Source of the DNA: a bacterium
Lineage (GTDB): Bacteria > UBA8248 > JACPRG01 > G963555815
Length of the DNA: 64,000 bases
Direction: 5' to 3'
NCBI GenBank assembly: GCA_965261595.1
Contig: CBDHDG010000002.1
Span: 160,001 to 224,000 of the forward strand
Part shown: piece by piece, positions 31,623-42,521 of the stretch
Layout of the letters: every line of letters starts with the position of its first letter
Position numbering within the stretch: the first letter of the stretch is position 1
The notes under the pieces: generated by a model
What the model was told of the DNA's origin: nothing
The model's database searches: none
The model's input: the letters and a program-made list of their open reading frames with translations, nothing else
Translations under genes and position numbers: made by a program

Positions 31623-32321
31623 ATGGAGTTTTTGTGGGAAGGTCTTTGGGTCGCCGGCCGGCTCCTCCTTCGGGCGGACCCCGAGGTGGTGTCGGCGGCG
31701 GCAACCTCGTTCTACGTCGCGGCCTGGAGTACGCTTGGGGCCGCGTTGTTCGGCCTGCCGGTGGGGTATTTGCTGGCCGTCCGGGAGTTCCGGGGAAAAG
31801 AGACGGCGGTCACGGTGGTCAACGCCCTGTTGGGGCTTCCCACGGTCGTTGTGGGACTGGTGGCCTACGCCTTCCTTTCCCGGCAGGGACTGCTGGGCGG
31901 GCTCGGCCTGCTGTTCACCCCCGCGGGGGTCATCCTGGGCCTGATCGTTTTGGCGACGCCCATCGTGGCCGCTTTCGTCCTGGCCGCGTTGAAGGCGATG
32001 GATCCCCGCGCGCGGCTGACGGCCTTCACGTTGGGCGCGGGGCCGATCCGGACGGCCTGGACCCTGCTGGAGGAGGCCCGGTATGGAGTGATCGCGGCCA
32101 TCGTGGCGGCGTTCGGGCGGGTGGTGGCGGAGGTGGGGATCGCCATGATGCTGGGAGGAAACATCCGGGGTTACACCCGAACCCTCAGCACGGCCATCGC
32201 CCTCGAGACAGCCAAGGGGGAGTTCGGTTTCGGGATCGCCCTGGGGATAATCCTGATGGCCCTGGTGACCGGGTTGAACGCGCTGCTGCGCCTGCTCCAG
32301 ACGAAGGGGGCCAAAGGATGA
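31623..32321 (+). CDS. tupB: Tungstate ABC transporter permease (TupB-like)
   Basis: LGLPTVVVGL, FGRVVAEVGIAMMLGGNIRGYTRTLSTAIALET. Confidence 0.8.
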   Translation: MEFLWEGLWVAGRLLLRADPEVVSAAATSFYVAAWSTLGAALFGLPVGYLLAVREFRGKETAVTVVNALLGLPTVVVGLVAYAFLSRQGLLGGLGLLFTPAGVILGLIVLATPIVAAFVLAALKAMDPRARLTAFTLGAGPIRTAWTLLEEARYGVIAAIVAAFGRVVAEVGIAMMLGGNIRGYTRTLSTAIALETAKGEFGFGIALGIILMALVTGLNALLRLLQTKGAKG

Positions 32322-33037
32322 GCCCGTTGTTCGAGCTGCGCGACGTTCGGATGGTCTATGGCGAGCGGCCCAAAGACCGGCGGACGGTCCTCGATGTCCC
32401 CCAACTGGCTTTTGAGCCGAACAGGCCTTACGCGATCGTGGGACCGAACGGGGCGGGCAAGACGACCCTTCTGTACATCCTGGGCGCTTTGATTCGGCCC
32501 ACCGGGGGGGAGGTCCGCTTCCAGGGACGGCCCGTGACCTACAACGGCCGGGTCCTGGAGATCCGGCGAAGGATGACGCTGGTGATGCAATCCCCCTGGC
32601 TTTTCAGAGGGACGGTCCTGTTCAACGTGGCGTACGGCCTTCGCGCGCGGGGCGGCGTCGGCCGACAGGAATGCCGCCGGCGGGCCCGGGCGGCGCTCGG
32701 GGAGGTCGGGCTTTCGGGATTCGAGGAGAGGCGGGTCCATGGCCTCTCGGGGGGGGAGGTCCAACGGGTGTCGCTGGCCCGGGCGCTGGCGCTGGCGCCC
32801 GAGGTCCTGCTGCTGGACGAGCCGACCTCCAACCTGGACCAGGAAAGCTACGCCTGCGTCGAGCGGGTGCTCCAGCGGCTCTCCTCGGAGGTTCGATCGG
32901 TGATCTTCACCACCCACCGTCACGAGTTGGCGGGGTCTTGCGGGGCGGAGCTCTTGATGATGGAGGAGGGACGCATACAGCCCGGCCGGCCCGAACGGTT
33001 GGATCGGGAGGGAGAGGGGAGGGGGAGGGGAACATGA
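32318..33037 (+). CDS. Tungstate ABC transporter ATP-binding subunit (TupC-like)
   Basis: GPNGAGKT, LSGGE, LLLDEPT; ATGA overlap with the permease. Confidence 0.85.
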   Translation: MSPLFELRDVRMVYGERPKDRRTVLDVPQLAFEPNRPYAIVGPNGAGKTTLLYILGALIRPTGGEVRFQGRPVTYNGRVLEIRRRMTLVMQSPWLFRGTVLFNVAYGLRARGGVGRQECRRRARAALGEVGLSGFEERRVHGLSGGEVQRVSLARALALAPEVLLLDEPTSNLDQESYACVERVLQRLSSEVRSVIFTTHRHELAGSCGAELLMMEEGRIQPGRPERLDREGEGRGRGT

Positions 33038-33213
33038 GACGCCCCGTGAAACCGGCGCTGCCGATTTTGGTGGAAAATCCGGTGAGGTTTCCCCTATATT
33101 GGCGGAGTGAGACGGGAAGGGCGCGGTCAGGCGTATTGATTGAAATGGAAGTGTTTATTATTCGGGTCTTCGCTCCACAGGGATGAACCGAGATCAATCC
33201 AAACATCGAAAAA

Positions 33214-34494
33214 ATGTCCAGCCGGTCGCGTGACCTGTTCGAGGAGTCGCGGGGCTGGTTTCCCGGGGGCGTGAACAGCCCGGTTCGGGCCTTCTGCGCG
33301 GTCGGGGGGACCCCCCGGTTCGTCAACCGGGGAAAGGGGTCCCGGATTTGGGATGAGGACGGCCGGGAGTACGTCGATTACCTGGCCTCCTGGGGGCCGT
33401 TGATCCTCGGGCACGCCCATCCCGATGTGGTGAAGGCCGTGTGTGACGCCGCCGCCGACGGGACCAGCTTCGGCGCGCCGACGGAAAGAGAATCCCGGCT
33501 GGCCCGGCTGGTCGTGGAGGCGTTTCCCTCTATCGAGCTTCTGCGGATGGTGAGCTCGGGAACCGAGGCCGGCATGAGTGTCTTGCGCGCCGCCCGGGGG
33601 TTCACCGGCAGAGACGTGATCGTCAAGTTCGAGGGGTGTTACCACGGCCACTCGGACGGTTTGTTGGTGAAGGCGGGTTCCGGCGCCCTCACGTTGGGCG
33701 TTCCGGACAGCGCCGGCGTTCCGGCGGCCTACGCGGGCCTGACCCTCACGCTCCCGTTCAACGACGTCCCGGCGGTCGAGGCGGTGTTCGCCGATCGGGG
33801 AGGGGAGATCGCCGCCGTCATCGTGGAGCCGATTGCGGCCAACTGCGGCGTGATCCCGCCCGCGCCCGGATTCCTCGAGTGTCTGCGCGGGGAGACGGAA
33901 GCGGCGGGCGCTTTGCTGATATTCGATGAGGTCATCACCGGCTTCCGCGTCGCCTGGGGCGGCGCGCAGGCCTTGTACGGGATCCGGCCGGACCTGACGT
34001 GCCTGGGGAAGATCCTGGGCGGGGGCCTCCCCGTGGGGGCGTACGGCGGAAGGCGGGACGTCATGGAACGCGTCGCCCCCCTCGGGCCTGTCTACCAGGC
34101 CGGGACGCTGGCCGGGAACCCCATTGCCATGGCCGCCGGCGTCGCGACCCTCGAGACCCTGCGATCCCCCGGGACCTATGAGGCCTTGGAGGAGATGTCC
34201 GCCCGGCTGGAGGGGGAGCTTCGGGCGGCGGCCGCGGAGGCGGGGGTTCCCGTGACGATGAATCGGGTCGGGTCGTTGTTCTGTCTGTTTTTTGCGGAAG
34301 GTCCCGTGGAGGATTTCGCCTCCGCCCGGGCGGCGGACGCCGGGTGCTTTACGCGGTACTTTCACGCCATGTTGGATGAGGGGATCAACCTCGCGCCGTC
34401 TCCGTTCGAGGCGGGGTTTGTCTCCCTGGCCCACACGGGCGAAGACGTGGCCGTCACGGGCGCCGCCGCGCGGCGCGCCTGTCGGGCCGTCTGA
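33214..34494 (+). CDS. hemL: Glutamate-1-semialdehyde 2,1-aminomutase
   Basis: PGGVNSPVRAF, SWGPLILGH, SSGTEA, FEGCYHGH, FDEVITGFR, GKILGGGLPVGAYGG, YQAGTL. Confidence 0.96.
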   Translation: MSSRSRDLFEESRGWFPGGVNSPVRAFCAVGGTPRFVNRGKGSRIWDEDGREYVDYLASWGPLILGHAHPDVVKAVCDAAADGTSFGAPTERESRLARLVVEAFPSIELLRMVSSGTEAGMSVLRAARGFTGRDVIVKFEGCYHGHSDGLLVKAGSGALTLGVPDSAGVPAAYAGLTLTLPFNDVPAVEAVFADRGGEIAAVIVEPIAANCGVIPPAPGFLECLRGETEAAGALLIFDEVITGFRVAWGGAQALYGIRPDLTCLGKILGGGLPVGAYGGRRDVMERVAPLGPVYQAGTLAGNPIAMAAGVATLETLRSPGTYEALEEMSARLEGELRAAAAEAGVPVTMNRVGSLFCLFFAEGPVEDFASARAADAGCFTRYFHAMLDEGINLAPSPFEAGFVSLAHTGEDVAVTGAAARRACRAV

Positions 34495-34509
34495 CGGAGA
34501 AAATCGAGC

Positions 34510-34959
34510 GTGTCGCGACGAACCGGACAGCGGGTGATGCGAAAGCGGGCGAAGTCTTCGAGGCGGAAGGGGGACCAGAGGATTTTCGCGGGATTCCGGT
34601 CCGTGTTCGGGCGCGAGGAAGGCAAGAAAGCCCGCCGGTTCTTCCGGTGGAAGGACTGGCTCCCTTTCGGTGGCCTGAGCCCGGCGCGGGCGGGATTCGC
34701 CGTTGCGATGGCCGTGTCGTTGCTCCTGTTCGGCGCGGCCCTGTTCAGGCCCGGCGGCATCTTTGATGTCCTTCATCTGACCGAGCGGGTTGATGGGATG
34801 CGCGCGGAGTTGGAGGTGTTGGCGAAGGAGAACGTCAGGCTTCGTGAAGAGAATCGGCTCCTGCGTGATGACCCGGAGGAAATCGAGCGGGTCGCCCGGG
34901 ATATGCTCGGTCTCGTTCGTCCGGGTGAGCGGGTTTACGAGTTCATCGGACGCGATTGA
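34510..34959 (+). CDS. Septum formation initiator (FtsB/DivIC family)
   Basis: TM helix, coiled coil, IERVARDMLGLVRPGE. Confidence 0.82.
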   Translation: MSRRTGQRVMRKRAKSSRRKGDQRIFAGFRSVFGREEGKKARRFFRWKDWLPFGGLSPARAGFAVAMAVSLLLFGAALFRPGGIFDVLHLTERVDGMRAELEVLAKENVRLREENRLLRDDPEEIERVARDMLGLVRPGERVYEFIGRD

Positions 34960-35017
34960 GGTTTCGCTGTTCTTGACAAATCCTCTCCAATGGCTTATCC
35001 ATAACGCACAGACTTGG

Positions 35018-35094
<77 letters not shown>

Positions 35095-35100
35095 TATAAA

Positions 35101-35695
35101 TCAAGGGGTTGCGGCGATTGCCGTGACCCTTTCTTTTTGCTTGGTGTCCATATAGGTGTCCAGTCGATTGATTGCGGCCTCCTTATGGTCGAGGGCAAGG
35201 TGGGCGTAGCGGAGGGTCATTTCAAGCCTTTTGTGGCCCAGGAATTCCTTCACCGTCATAAGGTCCACCCCCGACATAACCAGGTGGGAAGCGAATGTGT
35301 GGCGGAGGTCATGAAACACAAAGCCCTCGATTTTCGCCTCCCGCAAGGTCCGAATGAATCGCTTCTTGATGTCCACCAAGCCGTTGCCGGTTTTCCCCGG
35401 AAAGACATATGGGGAATCCAGGCGGCGGGGGATGCCCCGAAGGGTCTGCCGCAAAGTGTCGCTCATGGGGATTTCCCGCCTTTCCCCGTTCTTTGTGTCT
35501 ACCACCCGAATGACCCCATTCTGAAAGTCCAGGTCCTCCCATTGGAGCGAGAAAAGCTCTCCCCGCCTAAGTCCAGTATAGATGGCCGTTATCAGGATGG
35601 GCTTTAACACGCCGTCGGCAACCGATAGCAGTCTTTCAATTTCCTCGTATTCCAGGTAGCGGAGCCTCCGGTTGTTCACCCTTAAAGGCCGGATG
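35101..35695 (-). pseudogene. Tyrosine recombinase/integrase, N-terminus removed at IS
   Basis: TGLRRGEL, TKNG, FHDLRHTFAS, LGHK..MTLRYAHL catalytic motifs; fused to the IS end. Confidence 0.92.
35106..35138 (+). terminator. Rho-independent terminator after the tRNA
   Basis: GGGTTGCGGC-GATT-GCCGTGACCC followed by TTTCTTTTT. Confidence 0.75.
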
Positions 35696-37099
35696 TCCCC
35701 CGCTCTAGGGTTTTGTTGGACACTCGATTGATCCATGATTCATGGAGAAAGGGGTGTCGCGATGAACGAACAAAAGCAAGAGGGGGCTTTGGCGGAGGGC
35801 GCCCGTAGGGCGAACGGAGCCAAGGCCCCAGGGCATCGCAGTGAGCGGGGTCGGTTCTCCTGCCAGCGCAAGCGGGAGGCGGTCCTGCGTCTTTTGCGGG
35901 GCGAGAGCCTGGAGACGCTCTGCCGCGAGTTGGGCACGACAGCGGCTCGGCTTTCCGCCTGGCGCGAGGCGTTCCTTCGCGGGGGCGAGGCGGCGCTCAA
36001 AGCCCGCCCGGCGGATGAGCGGGACGAGGAGAACGCCCGGCTCAAGGCCAAGGTGGGCGAACTCACGATGGAGGGCGAGGTCCTGCGGGAGAAGATCGAC
36101 CGCCTGGAGGCCGGCCGCCCTTTAGCCGGCAGGAGGTGGAGGCGATGAGTCAGGCCCGCTTCACCTCCACGGGCAGAGCCTACGGCCTGAAGCGGGTGTG
36201 CGCCCTTTGGGGCTTGGCGCGCTCCACGGTCTACGCGCAACGGCGGCGAGAGGCGGTCCCCGTTCATGAACGCCCCACGCCCAATAAGCGCGGCCCTGTG
36301 GGCCCGTGCACCGATGCGGAACTCCTCGGTCACATCCGGCAGGTCCTGGAGGACTCTCCCTTCCATGGCGAGGGCTACCGCAAGGTGTGGGCGAGGCTGC
36401 GCTTCGCGGGCATCCGCACCAGCAAGGAGCGGGTGCGTCGCCTGATGCGGGAGGCGGGGCTTCAGGCCCCCCACCGGGTGGGCAAACCCCGAGGTCCCAA
36501 GGCCCACAACGGGACCATCCGCACCGAGCGGCCCGACCGAATGTGGGGCACGGACATGACGACGACGGTGACCACCGAGGAGGGGATGGCCTCGGTGTTC
36601 GTGGCGGTGGATCACTGCTCGGTGGACTGCGTGGGGATCCATGCGGCCAAGAGCGGCAACCGCTTCGAGGCCCTGGAGCCGATCCGGCAGGGGGTCGCCG
36701 AGCGCTTCGCCGGCTTGGAGGCGGACGTCGCCGAGGGGCTTAAAGTTCGTCACGACCACGGCCCCGCCTATCTGTCCGATGACTTTCAGCGGGAGATCGC
36801 CTACCTGGGCATGACCAGTTCGCCCAGCTTCGTGCGGGCGCCCGAGGGAAATGGCTACTGTGAGTGGTTCATCCGCATCTTGAAGGAGAATCTCCTGTGG
36901 GTGCGCTCTTTCGCCACCGTAGAGGAACTGCGGTGGGCGCTGCTTGAGTTCAAGAACCTGTATAACCATCATTGGATTCTCGAGGGCTACGGCTACCGAA
37001 CGCCGGCCCAGGCAAGGCAGGAAAAACTCGCTCAAGTTGCGGAGGCCGCATGAGGTCGAATACCCTCACCCGAGTGTCCAATAACCCAGGGGCGGTCCA
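35696..37099 (+). mobile_element. IS3-family element type A, copy 3
   Basis: 1404 bp; flanks GATG/GGCT do not match (no TSD); orfA 35735-36148, orfB 36136-37053. Confidence 0.95.
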
Positions 37100-37510
37100 G
37101 GCTCTCTCTACGCGAAAGATTCAGCCGGAAAGACGCGGGTTAGGCTCGGTGGGTCAGATGGCAGTGTCAGAGGATACAACAAAGCCGGAATAGCGCGGCT
37201 TGTACTCTATGGGTCCAAGGGCCGTGTCGTTGTGAACGACTCAGCCGGAAAGGCGCGGGTTAAGCTCGTTGGGTGGGATGGCAGTGTCAGAGCATACGAC
37301 TCAGCCGGAAAGGGGCGGATCTGGCTCGTTGGGCAGAATGGCAATGTCAGAGTATACGACAAAGCCGGAAAGAAGCGACTTAGTCTCCATGGTAACAGTG
37401 GCTCTCTCTACGCGAAAGATTCAGCCGGAAAGACGCGGGTTTCGCTCGATGGGACAACCGGAAAGGTCTTTTTCACTGCTCCAAACGGCAAAACGATTTC
37501 TCATCCCTAA
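37100..37510 (+). pseudogene. 3' remnant of a 20-aa (60-bp) tandem-repeat protein
   Basis: About six units GxvxayDsAGKxRvxLxGxd; first and sixth units identical over 42 nt. Confidence 0.75.
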
Positions 37511-37759
37511 TTGTTAGGAGACCACTTCCATGCCCGCTGGGCGGGAGGGATCCCGCTCAGCGGTTCATGCATGGGTGCAGTTGTAGGGGGCAGGTTGCTC
37601 TTTTGTCCTCCGGTTCATAGGCCGCGTAATTCAGAGGCTCAAGAAACTGGGGATCATTGAGGCAGTCCGCGCTTTGACAAACATTGCAAGAACTGTTACG
37701 TTTTCCTGAATCAAACATGATTTCCCCCGCAGTGGCGAGTTCCTTGGAGGAAAGAGCCA

Positions 37760-38740
37760 ATGAAAAAGTCGATAGGGATAACTCTGGCATTCATGTTTTT
37801 ATCCATGAATTCTCCGGTCCAGTCGCAAGAGAAAGTCCGCTTTGTTCTGGACTGGGTCATCGCGGGACGCCACACTGCCTACTACGTCGCCATTGATAAA
37901 GGGTACTGGAAGAAGGCGGGGCTGGACGTGACGATGAGCCGCGGTTTCGGCGGCGCAAGCACCGTCAAGTCCGTGACGGCCGGCAGAGCCCATGTGGGCA
38001 AAGCAAGTGCGGGTCCCGCGCTGGTGGCCCGGGCCAAGGGGGCTCCCATCAAGATTGTCAGCATCATCTACGGCAAGGCACCATTTATGATGGTCTCGAA
38101 AGCAAAGACGGGTGTCAAGGTGCCCAAGGATCTCGAGGGCAAGACCATCGGTGCACCCGCCGGGGATGCCAACCGCTTCGTCTTTCCCGCATTGGCCGGC
38201 ATCGCCGGGATCGACGAGAAGAAGGTGAAATGGGTGACCATGAGTCCTTCGGCTAAGACGCCCTCTCTCCTTGCGGACAAGGTGAACGTGATCGTTCACT
38301 TTGCGTTCGAGAAGGTCAAATTCGAGCGGTTGCAAGCGAAGCACGGGGCTTTCAACATCATGATGTACGCGGACCACGGCCTCGACATGTACAGCATCGG
38401 CCTCCAGGCGTTGGATTCCTATATCCGGACGAAGCCGAAAGTCCTTCGGGCGTTCGTCCACGGAGCGATGAAGGGTTATGCATGGACCCTCAAGCATCCG
38501 AAAGAGGCCAATCGGATCTTCAGCAAACACCAGCCGACATTGAACCAAGAAATCGCCCTGGGCGAGTTGGACGTCGTGCGGGAACTCGTCATGACCGAGG
38601 AAGCCAAGCGACACTGCATCGGCTGGATCAGCGAGAAAAAGCTGGCTCAGACGCGGGACATCATCTTCAAGGCTCTCCGCGTGAAGGAGACCTTGGACAT
38701 TAAAGAGGCCTACACGACGAAATTTCTACCCTGCGGCTGA
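37760..38740 (+). CDS. ABC transporter substrate-binding protein (NMT1/THI5-like)
   Basis: Signal peptide; LDW..GRH..YYVAIDKGYW...GLDV, PKDLEGKTIG. Confidence 0.88.
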   Translation: MKKSIGITLAFMFLSMNSPVQSQEKVRFVLDWVIAGRHTAYYVAIDKGYWKKAGLDVTMSRGFGGASTVKSVTAGRAHVGKASAGPALVARAKGAPIKIVSIIYGKAPFMMVSKAKTGVKVPKDLEGKTIGAPAGDANRFVFPALAGIAGIDEKKVKWVTMSPSAKTPSLLADKVNVIVHFAFEKVKFERLQAKHGAFNIMMYADHGLDMYSIGLQALDSYIRTKPKVLRAFVHGAMKGYAWTLKHPKEANRIFSKHQPTLNQEIALGELDVVRELVMTEEAKRHCIGWISEKKLAQTRDIIFKALRVKETLDIKEAYTTKFLPCG

Positions 38741-39224
38741 GAGGCGAGAGGAGTCCAGGGGCAAGCCCCCTGGCGGGTTTAGCGATTAGCCCTTTTGTTC
38801 TCCGGTTCATCGCCTCAAACCCATAATGATCCGGCTCGCGACACCAGGGGGACCCGCCCACTCGCCCTCGAGGAAAAGGGGACCCGCAAATTGTCCGTGT
38901 TTTGTCCGTGAAAAGGTTGCCGCCGTGTCCACTCAGTGCCAAAAGGGGAGGGCGGAAACCGCGTATTTTCTGGACTGGTTAGCACCGAGTGGCACACATT
39001 TCCGGGTTCCGTTACCCTCATACTCCAAAGGTCCCAGGTTCGAATCCTGGACCAGATACCAATTAACTCAATGGGTTACGGCGATCGCCGCAACCCGTTT
39101 TTTTTGAGGTTGTCTGTCCGGATGTTGGGGTGTTTCAAGACTGGACCGCTGACCCGGTTTAGGGGCGCCCTGGCCCGATCGATGACGGCCCGGGTTTCCT
39201 CGCCGCGGGCGGCGGAAACGCGGC

Positions 39225-40151
39225 TTACCCCCAGTGCACTTGCCGAAGGGCGGCGAAGAGCGCCACGGTGGTTTCTATCGGATAGGAGAGCAGCGTGTCA
39301 TCGTCGGTCGTGAGGAAGACGGGCCGGGGCGCCGCCTCCAGCGCCGAAATGAATTCGGCTGACCCTTCGGGGGTCTCGAAGGAGGTCGGGGGCGCAAAAA
39401 CCCCCGCTCGTATATCCGGCGGAAGGCGATCCGGCCCGATCGGGGGATGAAGCAGCAGGGCGTCGGCCGCGTTCCGCGCGGGATTTCGGGAGGCGCATAA
39501 TACCGAATAAGCGTTGTAATACCGCACCGTGTTGCAAATGGACTCCGTCGCGGCCGTGATTTCCCCGGTCTGGATTTTTTCTCCCTCCTCCCCCCCCGCC
39601 TTCTCCAGGACCACCACCTCGGCCCCGGCCCGGCACGCCTCTTCGGCCAGGCCGCGCACCAGGCCAATCGTCTTCTCCGCCTTCTCCGGCGAGTCGGCGC
39701 GCGCCAGGCGGCACAGCGAAACGGGTTCGGGGAGAACGGCCAGGATCGGCGCTTCCTTTCGCAGTTGAATTCGCAATCTGCGGATGACTTCCAGCAGGTT
39801 GGAGACGGGAGGGCGCAGCCACGGGTCCGGCGGCGGCCATTCGCATTCCCCCGCCGCTTCCCACTTTGCGGCGGGCCCGGCCGGGGACCAGTGGACCGGA
39901 ATCCCGGCCGGCTCCGCCAGGAGGGCGGCGTCCAAACGCAGGGTGACGCAATCGGCGCCCAGCAGGCGTTGCTGGTCCGCCAACGCACGGGTCAAGCGGG
40001 TCGGGTCTTGGAGCAGGAGGTTGGGAGGAGACCCGTCCAGCCGGGCGGCGTGATAAAAGGCCAGGGGGAGGAGGGGCGGGCGCGGGGACGGGGCGTCGCG
40101 AAAGAAGGCCCTCACCAACCGGCGGGAAGTCATCGCGCCATCTGGATTCAT
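39225..40151 (-). CDS. Uroporphyrinogen decarboxylase/MtaA-CmuA-like TIM-barrel protein (divergent)
   Basis: YHAARL...LLQDPTRL..AL...QRLLGAD, LLEVIRRL; similarity judged by eye only. Confidence 0.5.
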   Translation of the reverse strand: MNPDGAMTSRRLVRAFFRDAPSPRPPLLPLAFYHAARLDGSPPNLLLQDPTRLTRALADQQRLLGADCVTLRLDAALLAEPAGIPVHWSPAGPAAKWEAAGECEWPPPDPWLRPPVSNLLEVIRRLRIQLRKEAPILAVLPEPVSLCRLARADSPEKAEKTIGLVRGLAEEACRAGAEVVVLEKAGGEEGEKIQTGEITAATESICNTVRYYNAYSVLCASRNPARNAADALLLHPPIGPDRLPPDIRAGVFAPPTSFETPEGSAEFISALEAAPRPVFLTTDDDTLLSYPIETTVALFAALRQVHWG

Positions 40152-40441
40152 GCCGGCAGGACTCCCGTTTTTCGAAGGCTTGTCCGCGAACGGATACGGC
40201 CCGATCCGGCGGTGGGACCTTGGTTGCTCAGGGCGGGGTTCGGTCGAAGATGACGCCCGGCCTCAAGTCTCCGGCGGAGGAACGGCGACCGGGTGAGGTC
40301 CGCTTGCGTTCCGCCCGGCCGGGTTCCTGTTCCGCTTCAACGCATCATGGCCGGGTCTTGTTTTGAGCGACTCGGAGGGGGAGGGGGGAAGGAGGGGTTG
40401 TCGGTCGCGTGACGCGCCCGGCGTCCCGGCCCGCACCGTCC

Positions 40442-42499
40442 CTAAATCCGGATCACTTCCCGGTTCTTTTCCGCGTTCGGCCAGGCGCCATAGAACTTCA
40501 GGGCCTGCGGGTGCGGCCGCTTCTTCGACCACTCCTCGACGAACTCATGATAGGGTTTTCCGCGGGCGAGACGGTTTTCCCGTTCCGCTTTTCGCAGGCG
40601 CTCGGTCTCCTCGACGTCCACCTTGAGGGTCTCCCGGTTGTAGGCGACTTTGTACACGTTCTCGGCCGTCCAGTGGGTGAGGGCCTTGGCGCGCAGGTCC
40701 CTCATGACCTTCTCGGCCGGCCGCTCCAGGACGTCCCCGTATCCGCTGGCGCCCTGGGTGCTCGAGGTGATGACCTCCCCCCGTTTGACAATGCGGGCGG
40801 GGCGGGTCTGGTGCTCGCGGATAATCTTGCCGCCGAACGGGTTTCGCTCCAGGATGTCGTGGTCGTTATCGGGCAGAGGCATCTTGCCGTCCTTGAGCAG
40901 GGCGAGTACGTCGGTGTCCACCACCCGGATGGCCGGGACCACGGTTTGGGAGTAGCCGCCGAATAGGCCGCACGTTGTGGGGAACTTGGACTCTTTGGCC
41001 GTTGCGGTGAACACGGCGTAGGGCGCTTGGTGGACCGTGTAGGCCACCGTCAAGCCGATCCCCCCCCGGAACTTGCCGTACCCCCCGCTGTCCGGCATGG
41101 ACTTCTGATACAGGTGAAGCACCGGGAAGGCCCGCTCGACGTCCTCCACGTCCGGGCCCTTGCCCCAGGGCGCATGGGGAAACCCGAAGACGTCCACGCC
41201 GTCCTCGCCGTACCTCGCGGCCAACCCCCAGGCGTTGAGGGGGAAAGCCATGAAGTCGACGATTTTGGCGCCGTGCTGGTTGACGCAGGTGATCATGGGC
41301 GCGGCCGAGTTGGACGAGGCGAAACCACACACCAGGTCGCGCTGCGGGCTTTCGAACATCATCTTGGAGAAGACGACCGCCAACAGCGGAAACACCGCGG
41401 AGGCGGTGATGGGCGAGCAGGAGATGGCGGCCTCCGGGTCCGGGTCCATGATCGTGCCGAACGGGATGATGTAATCGATGGGATCCATCGAACCGGCGGA
41501 GATGGGGAAATCGTGAAAGGGAAATTCATAGAGGTAGTGGGCGCAATGGGCCCGAACGCACGGGGCCAGGGACTGGAAGCTGCCTTCATGCTCCGGAGAG
41601 GTCCCGGTGAGATCGATCGTGATCCGGTCCCCCTTTTTGTGAAGGGCGATGGGCACGCGAAGCAGCGAGGTCTCTGATCCCGTGGTGTCGATGAAGACCA
41701 CGTGGCGGTAAGTCCCGTCGTTCCACTCCTGAATTCGTTTGCGGGCACCGTCCGCGGACTCCTTGATTTGTCTGAGGAACAGGGTCGCCAAAAACCGGTT
41801 GCCCTTCTTCTTGGCCAGGTTCTGCATCCGAATCCGAATCCGGTCGCAGGCCGCCACGCGGGCCTTGACGTCCGTCACCTGCATGCGTGGCGCCCGCGAC
41901 ATGAAGTTCTCCATCATTTTCAACAGGTCGGCCTTGAGCTGGTACCCTTCGCCGATCTTGATGGGGGTGAGCTTCATGCCCTCGTCATGCCGGGTGATGG
42001 CCGTGGTGATCTCGCCGCCGGGCTCCTTTCCGCCGGTCTCCGATTAGTGGGCGCCGACGACCGTCCACGCGACGAGCTCGCCTTCGCTGAAGATGGGCAT
42101 GATCGCGAACTGGTCGGGGTTGTGGATGCCGCCGTAGATGGCTTCGTTGCAGTAGTAGACATCCCCCTCATTGACCTGGACCGTCGGATCATCTTTGAAG
42201 TACTTAATGATGAACTTGACCGGAATCTGCCCGGTGACGGTGTGCAGGTACGTGCCGCAGACCGAAGTGACCAGATCGCCGTCGGCCGTATAAATCCCCG
42301 CCATCGAATCGCCCGAATGGAGCATGCTGGAAATGCCCATTTTGGTCATCACGGCCTTGCCCTCTTCAACGATCAGGACAAGGTTCTCCGCGTAAATCTC
42401 GTAATCGCCCGGCGCCATGGCCTCGATGGACTTCATCGCCTCCCGGGTGGCGTGTGAAGGCTTCAGGCCCTGCTCAATCAGATCAATATCGAAAGACAT
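40442..42499 (-). pseudogene. Hydantoinase B/oxoprolinase family (acetophenone carboxylase ApcD-like) with an in-frame TAA
   Basis: ORFs 42044-42499 and 40442-41977 share a frame: ...HNPDQ...VGAH-TAA-SETGGKEPGG...; GYGKFRGG motif. Confidence 0.85.
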
Positions 42500-42521
42500 C
42501 TCCCTGCCTCCCCGACGGCGC

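Noticed and set aside
37100..37450. 60-bp periodic repeats as a CRISPR array
   Set aside because: Degenerate, codon-phased repeats in an open frame; no constant repeat/unique spacer pattern and no cas genes.
39017..39062. Second tRNA gene
   Set aside because: Only the 3' half is present and the acceptor stem is degenerate; interpreted as an att site.
42044..42046. In-frame stop in the HyuB-like gene as recoding
   Set aside because: The codon is TAA, which is not used for Sec or Pyl; it is one substitution from CAA/GAA.
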